From NCBI GenBank assembly GCA_010015805.1, contig ML978138.1, positions 186,001 to 250,000 on the forward strand: DNA of 64,000 bases. Direction: 5' to 3'. The notes beneath the pieces were generated by a model, which searched no databases, had not been told where the DNA came from, and saw nothing but the letters and a program-made list of their open reading frames with translations. The stretch is from Rhizodiscina lignyota. Taxonomy: Eukaryota. The translations under genes were made by a program, and so were the position numbers. Positions 36,401 to 50,503 of this stretch are shown one piece after another. Numbering within the stretch: position 1 is the first letter of the stretch; every line of letters starts with the position of its first letter.

Positions 36401-38609
36401 CTGCTTTCCAACCCATCAATGAGCAGCAGCCTAGCCTCGCAATGTCGTCCATGGTTGAGCAGCAAACAGAACCCATCGAAGCAGTGGAGCCAGAACGACC
36501 ATCTACTGCAAAGCGGATAGCATTCGTCGAGAGTGCAGATGCAGTGCCCCCGGTGCCGATGGAACGTCCTGTAACAGCAACAAGAGATTCGGCCACAGGC
36601 ATTGATCAACAGAACACTGCGGAACAAGCCAAGGCAGGCTTCTTTGGAATGCTTGGGCTAGGCAAGTCTAAGGCCACTCCGGGCACACCGCCCATCGCAG
36701 AGGACGAGACAAGCACAAGGGATCAACAGCCGCTTAGAGTGTATTCAGACGACATTGATGATGGATTCAACGGGCTGCCTGGTCTGGAGAATACCAGGAC
36801 ACCAATGAAAGAGATCGAGCCCAATGCTGTGTCAGATCGTTCGCCAAAGAAGGAAGCCATTGCACTCGCGAAATCCCTTGGTATCAAGGACATGGCGGAT
36901 GAGGGCACTCAGACAATGATGTCCGCGGACGACCTGGACAAGCTTATGAGGAGGCGCTCTCAACAAACTGGAACAGCGCTGATATCGCCGACGGTCTCTT
37001 CTCCTACGAAGCTAGCTCAGTCTCCTACCAAGGCTGTCTTCGGAAGTCAAAGTCCAAGAAGATCACGCGAGTCTGTCGTTGCTGTGGATGCGGGCTACAA
37101 AGCGCCACGTCGTCCTGGAAGCTCAGGCAGTGTGCGCAGTCGAGCTGCCTCTCCGCCACCACTTCCTGCGGACCACAAGCAAGCCATTGCTGCTGCTGCT
37201 CAGCGCGTCTCAGGTGTTCCAATGCCTGCTCCGCATACGCCTGGGCAGATGGGCCCACCAATGATGCCGGCCTCGGCGTACAAAACTTCCAGCCAATATC
37301 GCCCACCAACGGCATCAAGCTACCATGGGAACACGCCAACACCACGCGCATCTGCTCGTGCCGGTCATCGATCTGGCGTGTCTAGCCCCGTGACGCGCCG
37401 TTCGTCAGTCTCCTCGTTCGCATCAGAGATTGATCAGCGCTTCAACATCACTCGAAGTAATCTTGAAGGCAATCTTGGATTCGAAGGTGGCACCGATCCG
37501 CGCATGATTCAAGCTATCACCCAGACTATGATCGGAGAGTTCTTGTGGAAGTACACGCGCAAGCCTGGCCGTGAGACGCAGAGTAACACGAGACACAGAA
37601 GATTCTTCTGGGTGCACCCGTATACGCGTACGCTGTACTGGAGCGAGCAAGATCCTGCAACTGCAGGCAGAGCGCAGTTGAAGGCAAAGAGCGTGCGAAT
37701 TCAAGCTGTGCGGGTAGTCAGCGACGACAATCCTTTCCCACCGGGTCTGCACCGCAAATCTCTCGTTGTGGTCACACCAGGTCGCGAGATCATGTTCACT
37801 GCTGCAACGAGTGGACGTCATGAGACATGGTTCAATGCTCTGAGCTACCTCCTGCTGCGCGCTGGACCCGAGCGTGAGGAAACAAACGTAGGGGATGGAG
37901 CTGGCAACGAGGACCTCACTGCTGAGGACGTTGACGAATTCAACCCGCGCTCCGGCTTCTTTGGCGGCGCGACTAGCAAGATGAGCAGGCGATCTCGCGC
38001 AAGTTTATCAAGCTACAACTCTCGTACTACAAGAAACTCCAGCCCACCGCGTGCAAGTCAGTATCCCACTCTAACTCCCAACGACCGTCCACAGCGCAGC
38101 CAATCAACTCGCCGCGCAAATAGCCAGACGCCCCAGCCACGTGGCAGTATTTCAGGCCGCTTGAGCAGTTTGGCAGGGACTGTCATGGGCAACAGCTTCT
38201 CGAGCAGATACAGCGGTGTTAGTGGACAGCATGCAGGCCAGACGTATGCGAGGAGCGAGAACGGCACGACGACGGAAGGTGGCAGCATATATGATGCGAG
38301 CGTTGTGAGGAGCAGTCATGACAGCGCGGAGGACTTGAGGAAGGTGATTGAGAGGCAGGAGAGGGAGGCAGATCGGTTGGAGAATGTGAGAGCGTGTTGT
38401 GATGGTGAGTTTCCACTTATTTTATTCGAGGATTTAGGGTCTCATACTAAAGATTCGTACTAGGTAAACATGACGTTGGGTCATTGTCACACATGGGTAA
38501 GCGAGGTAGGCACGGCAGCCACCGTCATTCGACGCCTGTCCCCCCAAGGGCGCCGAGCCATCCTTCGCATGCGAGAACGTCCTCGCAGCCTCTGAATGCC
38601 CAAGCTTGA
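33424..38609 (+). CDS. NUM1: Nuclear migration / cortical dynein anchor Num1/ApsA (N-terminal coiled coil, internal repeats, C-terminal Mcp5-type PH domain)
   Basis: 1679-aa ORF with coiled coil and PH domain DPRMIQAITQTMIGEFLWKY...RHRRFFWVHPYTRTLYWS...WFNALSYL. Final intron 38405-38463 gives ..RACCDGKHDVGSL..., with stop at 38607-38609. Confidence 0.93.
35788..36250 (+). repeat. Five coding repeats of QLx(I/V/M)S(E/Q)(I/V)xxVDT(E/Q)P(V/M)D(V/I) inside Num1/ApsA
   Basis: Copies start near 35791, 35869, 35992, 36067 and 36190; similarity is visible at DNA and protein level. Confidence 0.9.
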
Positions 38610-39115
38610 AGCGGTGATGGAGGCTAGTGTGGAGTTCTCTTCGTTAGGTCCCTTTTGTTCTACATCCCATTGACGGTCTTTTTGAGGATGGAAGGGTGTT
38701 ATTAATTGCACGTCACGCTCATGAATTTCCTATGTCCGTTCTAGTCTGGTCCCTCTTCACCTTATTCCCTTAGACTGCTTCCTTTATGTCGAAACTTGGA
38801 GCTTTACCTTCGGTGCATTTGCACTTTCTTTCTGAATTCACTTTGCATACTTGGATTTGCGAGGAGACTGCAAAAAGCTCGCATGCGGCACTTTATCCTT
38901 AGACTGCCTGGCGGTTTGCGGAATTATTGATTGCGTTCCTTCATAATAAAGGGCATGGACTTTGCGTAATCGTAGTAACCTCATATACCAATTTGCAGAA
39001 ACAATGTCAAGGAGTTGGAAACGAGAGGACAGACTGCTTTACATTTGGTTGGCAAACGCCGCTCGAGAGAATCATTACTCTGAGCAAACGAGCATGAGCG
39101 TCTGAAGTTTCCTCA

Positions 39116-40936
39116 TCACGAATAACCTACCAGTGCCTTATAAATTGGCAGATAGATCTCGCACCGAGCATCCACTCTTTCCTGAGCGACCGTCACACCC
39201 CCTCCGGTCTTTGCATTCCCAACATTCCCGAGGACCTCGAGATCCCTTACGCCCTTTCCGGTAAGCTTGATTGCAGGCCAACTAGGTCCTTTCATCGGAT
39301 CACGAACGAACGCACCCCATGCGTTTAGCATGTACCTCTGCAGCTCTCGCTCTTGGGCGGTGAAGTTAGCCGCATGATCATGGTAGGCTGAGTACAGGAG
39401 GCCTTCCATCGAGCCGTGATAGACCCCAAGATTTGGTGCCATCGCCGGCTCGAGGTTCGGGAAGGAGGCGTTGTAGTAGTAGAGCCAGGTTGGAGATTTT
39501 TGGACGTGGGAAGTTACGTCGGCGAAGAGGGCAGCAGGCTGTTGTGGAGGCGGGCAGGTTAGCGCGGGCAGAATAATTGAGTGAAGTGGAAGGGTTGAGT
39601 AACGTACGCATTGGAACTGGAACTCTGTCATGATTTGAGCGATGATGTCGTAGTCCGTGTCCAGGCCATTAATACCTCGTGGGTATGCTTTCTCGATTGT
39701 CGGGATGAGCGAAGGGATGGGAATCTGGCCGAAAGTTTGCTCGAGATACGCGGTCAGGTTGCTTTGGCCATACGCGAACAACCTTCCCTCTTGCGCCCCG
39801 TTACCAATCAAGATGGGCAAGTCAATAACTCTGCCCTCTATTCGCGCGAGGCCTGGGTTGGAAAGCAACGTGTAGTTATCTGGCGTAGGGTCGAAGAACA
39901 GGTCGTATTCCTCAATAATATCTCTTATTGTTGTAGCTGGCGCTTTGCGGATGCACGTCAAGTTGCTCGATCCTGGAGCTGTGCTGCAGTTCAGCAGTGC
40001 AGCGAGCGCAGCCCAGGCTGGCGTACTGTCGACATTCAATCCGAAGACAACGGGGATGCTGTATTGCCCACTTTCCATTATGCCAGCGCGGAAGGGCGGA
40101 TGTGATCCTCTTGTGTATGTTGTCATGATGGCGTCGACTGAAAGGGCGCCAGCGGAAGCGCCGTTGATGGCGATCTTCTCTGGATCGCCTCCGAAGAAAT
40201 GGATGTTCCTGTAGACCCAGTCGAGTGCAAGGCGTTGGTCAAGGAGACCAAGGTTTCGGGCATCCGGAGGGAGTTCAGGAGATGCGGGGAAGCCGAAAAC
40301 TGGGCAAGTTGTTAGTTATCATCGTTGAGCTTCATTGAGTGTACATTACCATTTGTACGCCAATTGATGAAGACGGCGATTACATCTTCGTAGGCGGCGA
40401 ACATAGACCCATCGTAGAAGAGCGCTCCGCCCTCCTCAAATGCACCTCCTGGAATGATGAACAGCACAGCTCGTCCACCCGGAGGTGGCGGACTTGATGG
40501 TGCATAGATGTCGAGGTAGAGGCAATCTTCGCTCTCCGGCGCTGGAGGGGTATTGAAAGCGTCACGGAGCAGGTCGCCTAACGGCGAGTCACCTTGTTTT
40601 ATGTTAGTGCTTATACTAAATATCACTGATGTAGATTGGGAGAGTACCTGGGACATCTGGCCACTGTTGAATGCATACTGGAGCGTGCTTTGTTGCATCG
40701 CGGGTGTCACACCATGGCCGAGGCGGCGTCGCCGGTGCGAATCGTACGGGTGGCTCTGCATATGGAACGCCATAGTATTTGTTGACCATAGCAGTTGCAG
40801 ATGGTAGAGATGTTGTCGTACCAATGATTTCACCGTCAAAGATACGAAGTTTGGTGGGAATTGGCTGTGAACATTGAGAAGCCCAGGCCGATGCCAGCCC
40901 GAGAAGAGGATAGAGAAAGAGTACACAACGCATCAT
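39116..40936 (-). CDS. Secreted type-B carboxylesterase/lipase (COesterase family)
   Basis: Signal peptide [56 protein letters not shown]; nucleophile elbow GASAG; GNGAQEG; GVYHGS. Introns 40647-40593, 40349-40300, 39607-39539. Confidence 0.93.
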
Positions 40937-41819
40937 TGCAAAAGATGCAGTAGACCAGAATTTGAAAGATTCAATTGATACCCTCATACAAACTAACTTA
41001 ATAGTGATTGCTATATACCATACCAGAACTAAAAGCTTCACGGCGATGCTGTTAAACCGCTTACCGGATTAAAAGCGATGCTTCTCGGTGTTTTCGCATT
41101 GCAGCATACAGAGGAACGCCTTTTCGTCGCATTAAGCAAGGCATATTGCGCCGTCAAGATCAAGATCATTGAGGCCTTTTTCAAAGCTCGTATACGATGA
41201 GAGTTGATAACGTTAAGGTTGTGTGTGCCCTGCTCCCACAAGGCAGACTCGAAAGCGAAAGGAGGTCGGAAAAGCCTTGCGGAGTCGGAAAACTTGCAAA
41301 CGTTTTGTTGCTACTGCAAGAATTGAAATTGGTTTAAAGGAAATTTTACTTAGCGTTACCAAAACGAAAGAGTATCATCGGTCGTAGTTTGGACGAAAGG
41401 TGGGTGACGTGGAAGAGATTCCGAGTGTGCCTGACCGGATACCAAGCCGAGGATCATTTCCTTGCAGCCGACGTGTCCTAAGATTTACAGCGTAGTCCGC
41501 ATATGCTTTTGCGTCAGAAGGTGCCTTCGTATCAGTAGTCTGGCTTTTAGTGGTGCATACGCGTTTCGCTAACTATGGTGCCAAAAGGTGAGTTCTAGTG
41601 CCTTAGCGCGGGCAGGAGGTATGCGAAGCAACAACTTCTCTAGAGTCATAGAAGATAGTTTGATAATGTCGAATCATTTGGTCGGATTCACTCCAAGGGT
41701 CAATTTGTGGTCAGCTCCTCGCAAGCAGTGTCATCTTGCGTGAAAATAGCTCGAGACCGCTCCGGAAATGGATATCATTGAACTCATCAGAGGGTCATGT
41801 GCATTGTGCTGTCATCACC

Positions 41820-42647
41820 CTATGCTTCCTGTCCCTTGGCCTTCGCCTCTTCCCTCTCTCTCTTTCTCTTCAGGAGGTCATTGAGCTTCTTCGCCCTGTT
41901 GAATGCGCCTCCAGTCCCAGCACCACAAATCGCGCAGTTCGGATTCTTCCTAAATCGCTTCAACGCACATGCTTCGCAGAAGTAGTGTCCACACCTCGTA
42001 ACAATCGGATTCGTGTACGACTTCTCGCAAATCGTGCACGCGAACGGTATCTTCTCCAGCATTTTGCGCTCTTCTTCCTCCTCGTCCGTTATCCTCTCCG
42101 CGTCATTAGCCAAGCCTTGCTTCTTGTTCGCTGCGCTGGCCATGATTGTCCCTGATGGCCTCGTGCCTTCCTTGCCCGACTTCTCCCAGTCGTTGTCCAG
42201 TGCCCATCCCTGTTTGTAGTCCTCGCGAGCGTGAAGAAACTTGCAGCTATCGCCGAAGCCACAGAAGCCAGTCTTCTTGTAGTCTTTACATACGTCTGGC
42301 GCAAAGTCGGTGAATGTCGTCATGCGTATTGCTGAGGCTGTTTTGACGGGGCCGACCTTGACTTCTGTCTTTGGCTCTTCCTTCGGTTCTGGTTTCGAGA
42401 GTAAGTTGCTGCCACCATTGCTGACTGCCTGTCTATCGCCTTGTGATTTCGAGGGTTCTGAAGGAGCATTATCGGCCGCTTCTGTCTTGGCTTTTGGAGA
42501 GTTCTCATTCGGCTCTACACGCTTTCTTTTTCGCGTGCTGTCGCCAGGTCGAACGACGCCAGACTCAGAGTCTGAGGCAGACTCGGACTCTTGTCGTACA
42601 GGTTTGACGCGCTTCTGGAGGTTGAATTTTCGCTTCTTGATGTCCAT
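41820..42647 (-). CDS. CWC24: Pre-mRNA splicing factor Cwc24 (CCCH zinc finger + RING; RNF113 family)
   Basis: DFAPDVCKDYKKTGFCGFGDSCKFLHAREDYKQGW and IPFACTIC...CGHYFCEACAL. First in-frame ATG is 42647; TATATAAA lies ~55 bp upstream on the minus strand. Confidence 0.95.
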   Translation of the reverse strand: MDIKKRKFNLQKRVKPVRQESESASDSESGVVRPGDSTRKRKRVEPNENSPKAKTEAADNAPSEPSKSQGDRQAVSNGGSNLLSKPEPKEEPKTEVKVGPVKTASAIRMTTFTDFAPDVCKDYKKTGFCGFGDSCKFLHAREDYKQGWALDNDWEKSGKEGTRPSGTIMASAANKKQGLANDAERITDEEEEERKMLEKIPFACTICEKSYTNPIVTRCGHYFCEACALKRFRKNPNCAICGAGTGGAFNRAKKLNDLLKRKREREEAKAKGQEA

Positions 42648-43397
42648 GATGATAGTTGACACGCCTGGCTTCCTCGCACAAGGTTGGGATGGTGGCGACT
42701 TTATATAGGAGAGATCTTGGAGGTTCCACTGCTTTGCGGCTTCGAGCTACTTCGGTTACGTGTGGCTTAGAAATCAGTGGCGGCTGTGGCTTGACAGCGT
42801 CGGATGAACTTCGGAGTTTGCCGCCAATCACAGTTGGGTTTTGGCGAACATCTTCGACGAAACCTCGCTCTATTCCGCAGCGCTTTAAAACTCCGCCCAA
42901 TATTCAGGTGAAGGGAACCATCCTCGTTCTGACCATGCACTGTGTCGAGAAGCTGAAGATCGATTCCCTCTGACACCTCGGAACCCCTCTGTGGTTTATT
43001 CAACCCCTGAGCTGCTGCGACCCAACAACCTCGAGACCATCCACACCAGAACGATGCACCGCTATTTATTCATATCTAGCGTCTCCGGCTCCACTTAGAC
43101 TTCCCGATCCATCATACGTGATTCAGGCAGGATCGGAATGGCAGAGAGCCGACGTTGACCGGTCCCGGTCAGTAGATACCGGTTCCGGCGCAGAACCGAA
43201 ACATGGAAAACATGCCAACGCCTTGCAACATCAATAACGCCACCGTGCTGCAATTCTATAGGCCCATTATAGATAGCTTCTTGAAGATCCTCTTTATGCG
43301 GCACCTTCTTTCTCTTTCTCCGTATAACGAGTGATTGAAGTCTCATTGAACTTTCTTCATCTTGCACCTACACTTTCTTGCCTTGTACTCCGTATAA

Positions 43398-44756
<1,359 letters not shown>

Positions 44757-45431
44757 ACCTCAATTAGATTCGTATTGGATGAATTTAAAGGATATTATAG
44801 AACGGATGTATACCAGTTTGGGGAAGCGAATCTCTGTCTCTCGGTGCATAGCTACGTATGTATACATTTTCGGTGAAGTGCGGTGTCTGTCTAAATATGG
44901 TCTCAGACATGACGCTGTTTCTTGTCTTCTTTGTTAGAAATGGCAATCCGTTGCGTCTTTTTGCTATTCTGCTAAGTGATTGGCATCGTTGCACCTATTA
45001 TGGCTGAGTAGTTGCAAGCCCCATTTGCAGGAAGAAACGAGGAGCGGTTGCTATATTTGAAAGAGGTTAAATGGACTAAGCATTGTCTCTTGAGCCACTC
45101 ATTGTCACTCTTGGTGAGGCATCGCCGATCGGGCCATCATCGATCAACATTCCATTTTCATAGTTAATTACTATTTTTCACATGCATGGAAACAAGTACA
45201 CCAAATCTTATAATAATTCGATACTCCATTCAAATTTGCGCTTATACTTACCGTATGATGTGATTCTCTTCCTAAAACATGATAAATTGTCCCTCAAACT
45301 CCAAACTTCAAAAGAGAAGCCCCAAAGGAGCCTTAGGAGGACCGCCGAAACATCAGATGTAGAAGCCCAGTAAGAAAACACTGCACACTACTTACCTGAT
45401 ACTCACCCGATTCATCCTAATTCGAACGGGC

Positions 45432-46889
45432 TCAGTCTAACTGTCCTTCTGCTCGCAGACGCTCTAGTACCCATGTAGGGAGCCGATCCACAGGGCCAGT
45501 AGATAGATAACTAAGCCAATCAGGGAAACTCGGTGGAGGTGGAATCCTATTAAGTCCCGGTCTATTCGCATCTTCGAAAATTTGCCTTAGAGTGAGATAG
45601 ATGCGGCGTGCCTCTCTGCCTACTCTACGATCACTCTCGCGCCTCTCCTCGGGTGTTAGACGGGCCCCCAAAAGCTGTGAATATTGTCCATCAGCGAATA
45701 ATGTAGTCATGAGGCTTTCAATAGTGACGAGTAGGCGTGCGCAAATCTCGATGTTCGCCGTTTCGTAGCGCTCCATGAAGTTGATGCTTTGCTCTGCGAG
45801 TAGGACAATTATCCCACAAGCATCGTTTATGTAGTTCTCGAGGCCACCATTACGCTCGGGGTATGCGTAGTTTGGAGGCAGAGAGACGAGACCGGCATCT
45901 GCGATCTCGTTCGTTCTGGTAGACCTGATTGGGCTCGGTCTGGTAGAATTGCTTGGATTCGTTAAGGGAATCGTTGGAAAGACCGGATCACCCCTTGCGA
46001 TCACCACATTGAAGTGTTGAACTGGTCGACCACTCACGAACTCTCGGAAAGATGGGAAGAAATCCCACGGACGTGGAATGCCACGGAGTTCCTCCACTTG
46101 ATCCATGAAGTCAGTCAGCATATCATAGAGCACCATGACTCTTAAGCCGATATCTTCGACCGCACCCAGGTCGATGACTATGATATCACCATTTGTTGAC
46201 CCAGGTGGACACACTAAGTTGTGAACCCGAGTTAAAATGTCCAGCATACGCACGTGGTAAAAATTCAAGCGAAGATAACCTTCTTCACCTAACTCGTCGA
46301 TGCTGTATCGGGACGGCAAGTGGTGGAAGAGATTGTGGCTCAAGGTTGATGCCGCTTCCAACGGGCTCATGACTGGGAGAGCCTCCATCTCATCGGTACC
46401 GCTGGGATCCACTCCCATCGTTCTATTAGCTGCTCGCGCATGAGCACGCTGCACACGCTCCTGCATGGTCTCGCTATTCGGTACAATTCTGATCAAGTCG
46501 TCATGGGAAAAAGCTGCCACGCGCTCGCGGCGCATTGCTACATGCTCACGCATGATCTCGCTATTCTTCTCCACACTAAAGATCTCGGAACGACACTCGG
46601 CACATTCGAGCACTCCACTCATCCTGCTTATCATGTTGGTGAAGCATGGTACGTGATAAATGTGCCTACAACCAAGTATATTCACCTGTTCGCCCTCCTG
46701 ATAATCTTCTTGACAGATGACGCACGAATTGCCTCTCCAGGGGCGAGGAAGAGTTAACTCCGAGTGTAGTGTGGTTGAAGGGACAGTTGTAATTGCTGCT
46801 GCGAGTATAGGGCGGGTGGAAAGATCTGGAAGAGCTGTTTCTTCCATGCTGCCAGACTGTGCGCTGCTAGGAGTATTAGTTATACTCAT
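45432..46889 (-). CDS. RING-H2 finger protein with an unrecognised C-terminal region (putative E3 ligase)
   Basis: 485-aa intronless ORF; CVICQEDY...GCRHIYHVPC...CAECR fits C3H2C3. Confidence 0.8.
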   Translation of the reverse strand: MSITNTPSSAQSGSMEETALPDLSTRPILAAAITTVPSTTLHSELTLPRPWRGNSCVICQEDYQEGEQVNILGCRHIYHVPCFTNMISRMSGVLECAECRSEIFSVEKNSEIMREHVAMRRERVAAFSHDDLIRIVPNSETMQERVQRAHARAANRTMGVDPSGTDEMEALPVMSPLEAASTLSHNLFHHLPSRYSIDELGEEGYLRLNFYHVRMLDILTRVHNLVCPPGSTNGDIIVIDLGAVEDIGLRVMVLYDMLTDFMDQVEELRGIPRPWDFFPSFREFVSGRPVQHFNVVIARGDPVFPTIPLTNPSNSTRPSPIRSTRTNEIADAGLVSLPPNYAYPERNGGLENYINDACGIIVLLAEQSINFMERYETANIEICARLLVTIESLMTTLFADGQYSQLLGARLTPEERRESDRRVGREARRIYLTLRQIFEDANRPGLNRIPPPPSFPDWLSYLSTGPVDRLPTWVLERLRAEGQLD

Positions 46890-48167
46890 ATCCGAGGATG
46901 CCGTTGCGGTAGGTTATGGAGCGTGGTTTGTTTGAAGCGAAACGTTTGCAGAAGCTGGGCTGTAACTCCTATAGAATGGAGGTTGAGGAGGATGAGACCC
47001 GAATGGATAAGAATCGAATAATCATCTCATTACTTGGAAGTATATACTAAAGATATTGTGAGCATATATCGAGTTATTCGGGAACTAAACATTGGCTATG
47101 AAGCTGTATGGGAAACAAGGAGAGAACAAAGAAAAATTCGGGGAATACAATGTCACTATGCTAGCCCATCACATCGTATTGTGAAGCGAGTGTAGGTAGT
47201 AATGACTAGGAAAGGTTCTTGCTTGGAATATGAGTGAGAGATATTGAGTGACGTACGATGGCACTTGTTGTGAATGAGACCGACTACATCTGTTGCAGTC
47301 TCTTTCCCGTGAAGCAGCTTCTTAGGCGCCTAAACCGCTTTACAGACTAAAACGTAGTTTACCCATTCTTTGTCTTTTCTGCGTCTCTTTTCACATGAAT
47401 AGTGCGTTTCATGACTAGACAGTGTTGCCGACGTAGCGTAATCACATCCGTGGACAATTCCATCCTCATAATTCCAGATCATTATAGTAAGTCCAAATGC
47501 AGTTACGAGAAGTGCCATGAATGAAATAGAATGGTAGCCAGTGATTTCTTTCCTCAGTACAATTCCACAGCACCGCCGCGCTTCTAATAGCCGGCGTCAC
47601 CGGCTCTGAGACTTTCAGCGGCTTTATTATCTGTCACTGAACATACGTTCGTTGAATAGCCTCTTACCATTGCTGGGAGCATCAGCGTCGTGCTAAAGTC
47701 ACTACTCACTAGGCAAGACTTGCCTGCCAGTGGCTTTGCGTAATATCGAATCGATTATCGGTGATGCCAAGGAGACATAGCAAATATGCTAAGGACTGAA
47801 CAATGCACCACTCCGTAGCGATTGACCATGTAGGAAAGCTACGGCATCATTTATGCGCTCACCAACACGATGTGGTTGTGTTACAGTTGGGTATTTCTTG
47901 ACAAGAGGCGGCGCTTCGAGAGAACTTCACGAATTGGAATGTCGTCAGTCGTGTTACGTCGATACAACTATAAATATCGCCGGAATGCTTCCAACTCTTG
48001 CTCTCCATCAAGACAGAAATCTCATACCTACGAACACCTACGATTGAGCATTACCACTTAATCTCAAATCATAATCATTGCAACCTTATCATACCGTAAG
48101 CTTCTCCTCCATAGTCCTGTGCATCTTGTATCATATTGACCTCAAAAGTCCTCAGAAGACAACTAAG

Positions 48168-48423
48168 ATGCCTTCCTGCGATCAAACCGGTGGACAGAAT
48201 GCGAGTGGAAGTGACGAGGTTGGAGAGATGTCACGTCACGGACCTCGCGGATACAATCGTTACTCATGCTATTACCGCTACGAGTTCAACTGCCCTAATT
48301 TCGTTTATCAAAACGGCGACGCCTGCGCTGATTGTCAGGTATAAATGCGAACTAATACCCTGCTTGTCAAATGAGCTTAGACTGACTCGAATCAAGGCCA
48401 AAGGACGTCAGGGTAGTCGTTGA
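48168..48423 (+). CDS. Small (~65 aa) Cys-motif protein, 2 exons
   Basis: Exon 48168-48338, intron 48339-48396 (GTATAA..CTGAC..AAG) and exon 48397-48423 give ...YSCYYRYEFNCPNFVYQNGDACADCQ|AKGRQGSR*, with four Cys spaced like a zinc ligand set. Confidence 0.6.
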
Positions 48424-48644
48424 GAATTGTGGAAACGGATACACAGCGATGGACGGATTGACGGCTGTTCCCCTCGAAATGGCAACAAAACATGTACAAT
48501 AAAAAGATCGGTGAAATAAGTCCATCCCCTTCATTTTTTAACTAAAGTGGAGCATGGCGACACTTGCAAAGGATCATCTGGGATTACACTCTATCAAAAG
48601 GGATTTTTACGGGAGAAGACACAAATGGTATAAACATACATGAA

Positions 48645-50503
48645 TTATTCCTGAAATCTCTCCGTTTCCCGTGCGTGGGAAATACTTTTTTTGCTGTGAA
48701 ATACGCGGAGGCTTTCAGAAACCCCCCAACCATGCTTTAGTAGTCCTCCGACATCTTCCAAGCCGAGTCCAGCCGTTTCTGGATAAATGCACCAAATTGC
48801 CCACCAGCATATCGCACAAATGCCAGCGTAGAGTGTAAACGTCCACGAGGGTGTGAGCGAATCCATAAGCGGCAAGAAGGTAAGACCGATAAGAGTATTG
48901 GAAGCCCAGTTAGTAGCTGTGGCAAGAGAAGACCCAAGTGAGCGAACGGAAAGCGGAAACAGTTCGGACTGCTGCCATGGTACATTTCCGAGACCGGTGG
49001 CATATCCAGCAACGTAGATGACCATAGATACCAGTACCACAATCGGCCAAGCAGTTGGGTCGCTGCGGTGTTCTTGCATTGCTTCAGCAGGGTCGGCTTT
49101 GATATTTACAAATCGGAATGCGATGGCACACAGCCCTAAGCCTGCAGTCATAATCGGCACGGAAAGTAGAAGGATACGACGACGACCGACGCGATCAATT
49201 GCGTAAAAGGCGACGAGGGTGAAGAGAAAGTTAGTCGTAGCAACTGAGAGTGCGGCGAGCGTGGGAGAGCGAAAGCCGACAAGAGCGAAGACTGTGGCAG
49301 AGAAATACATCAAGGAGTTCTGTGGTACACATTGTGAGCAGGTCCACAAATTCAACACTGTTCAGGATTTAATCCTAGGGCCAGATTTGAAACTTACGAA
49401 ACCGCACAACTGTTGGGCTCCCTGAAGCATGCACGCGATGATCAATGCTCTCCTATTACCACCCACTCCCAGGAGTTCTGTGAAGAGGTGGTTAGCATAA
49501 TCCAACCTCGCACTGAGACCGGTCTTGCTATTGTTTGGGTCCCGGCGTATATTTCGAGCTTCCTCTTCCTCAAAGATCTCCCTCTCAACTCCGACGAGGA
49601 TTTTCTCGACCAAAGCTTCCCGTTGTCTTTCAGAGAGACCCTGTCCACTCTTCGCTGCGTACACACGCATGAGAACCCTCCTTGCTAGCTCTTTTTGATC
49701 CGCTTTGACGAGCCATCGAGGCGTCTCCGGCAGGACTGTCATCGTTAAGAGCTGTATAACAGCCGGGAGAGCTCCGAGTCCGACCATGAACCGCCAGCCT
49801 GACGTGTGCGAGGAAAGAAGCCAGCCGATGAGGTATGCAATCACTTGGCCAAAAGTTATGAAGAGAACAGTAATTGTCACGAGTCGGCCGCGGAACGGAG
49901 ATGGAGCCAGCTCAGATATATACAATGGCGCGACAAAGCTTGCCGCACCAACTGCTGCACCGACGATGCTTCTGCCGACAATCATGCCTGCGACGCTGCT
50001 TGTAGCCGCTTGCCATAATGCGCCGAGAATGAATAGTATATCCGCAAGCAGTAGCAGTTTCTTGCGCCCAAGAGCATCTGCCAGTATACCCGCGGTGGGA
50101 CTCGCAAAGAGGGCGAAAAGTGATGTAAAGGATGTAATGAGGGATTTGTCGAGCGTTGTGAGCAGGCGGTTTGAGAGGTCGGTATTGATGGAGACGAGTG
50201 TGGAAGAAATGACACCGGTACTGTCCGTTAATGATGGTTAGTTCGTATGTATGCCGTTTCCTCGTCCGCCTTGTCCTGAGGAGAGACATACTCGTAGCCA
50301 AACAGAAGGCCGCTAACGCCGGCAGAGAATGTCAATGCCCAAATGAAACGTCCTGGTGACTGCAGAGCATTTTCATCTACATCATCCCTATCATTTAGTC
50401 CGGAGAAGATGACTCCATCAGGCGTGATCGCGCCTCCCTCTCCTGGGATGAGAGGTTCGGATTCCTGTGTTGCAGCCGCATTTTCATCGTCGTCCGGGCG
50501 CAT
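48645..50503 (-). CDS. MFS sugar porter, myo-inositol transporter-like (ITR family)
   Basis: GLLFGYD|TG, LADALGRKK, PLYISELAP..RG, LPETPRWL, QQLCGF|NSLMYF, GNVPWQQSELFP, YPETAG. Introns 50291-50221 and 49397-49320. Confidence 0.92.

Noticed and set aside
47330..47518. 62-aa minus ORF with hydrophobic N-terminus
   Set aside because: Could be a small secreted peptide, but length and composition are within chance expectation.
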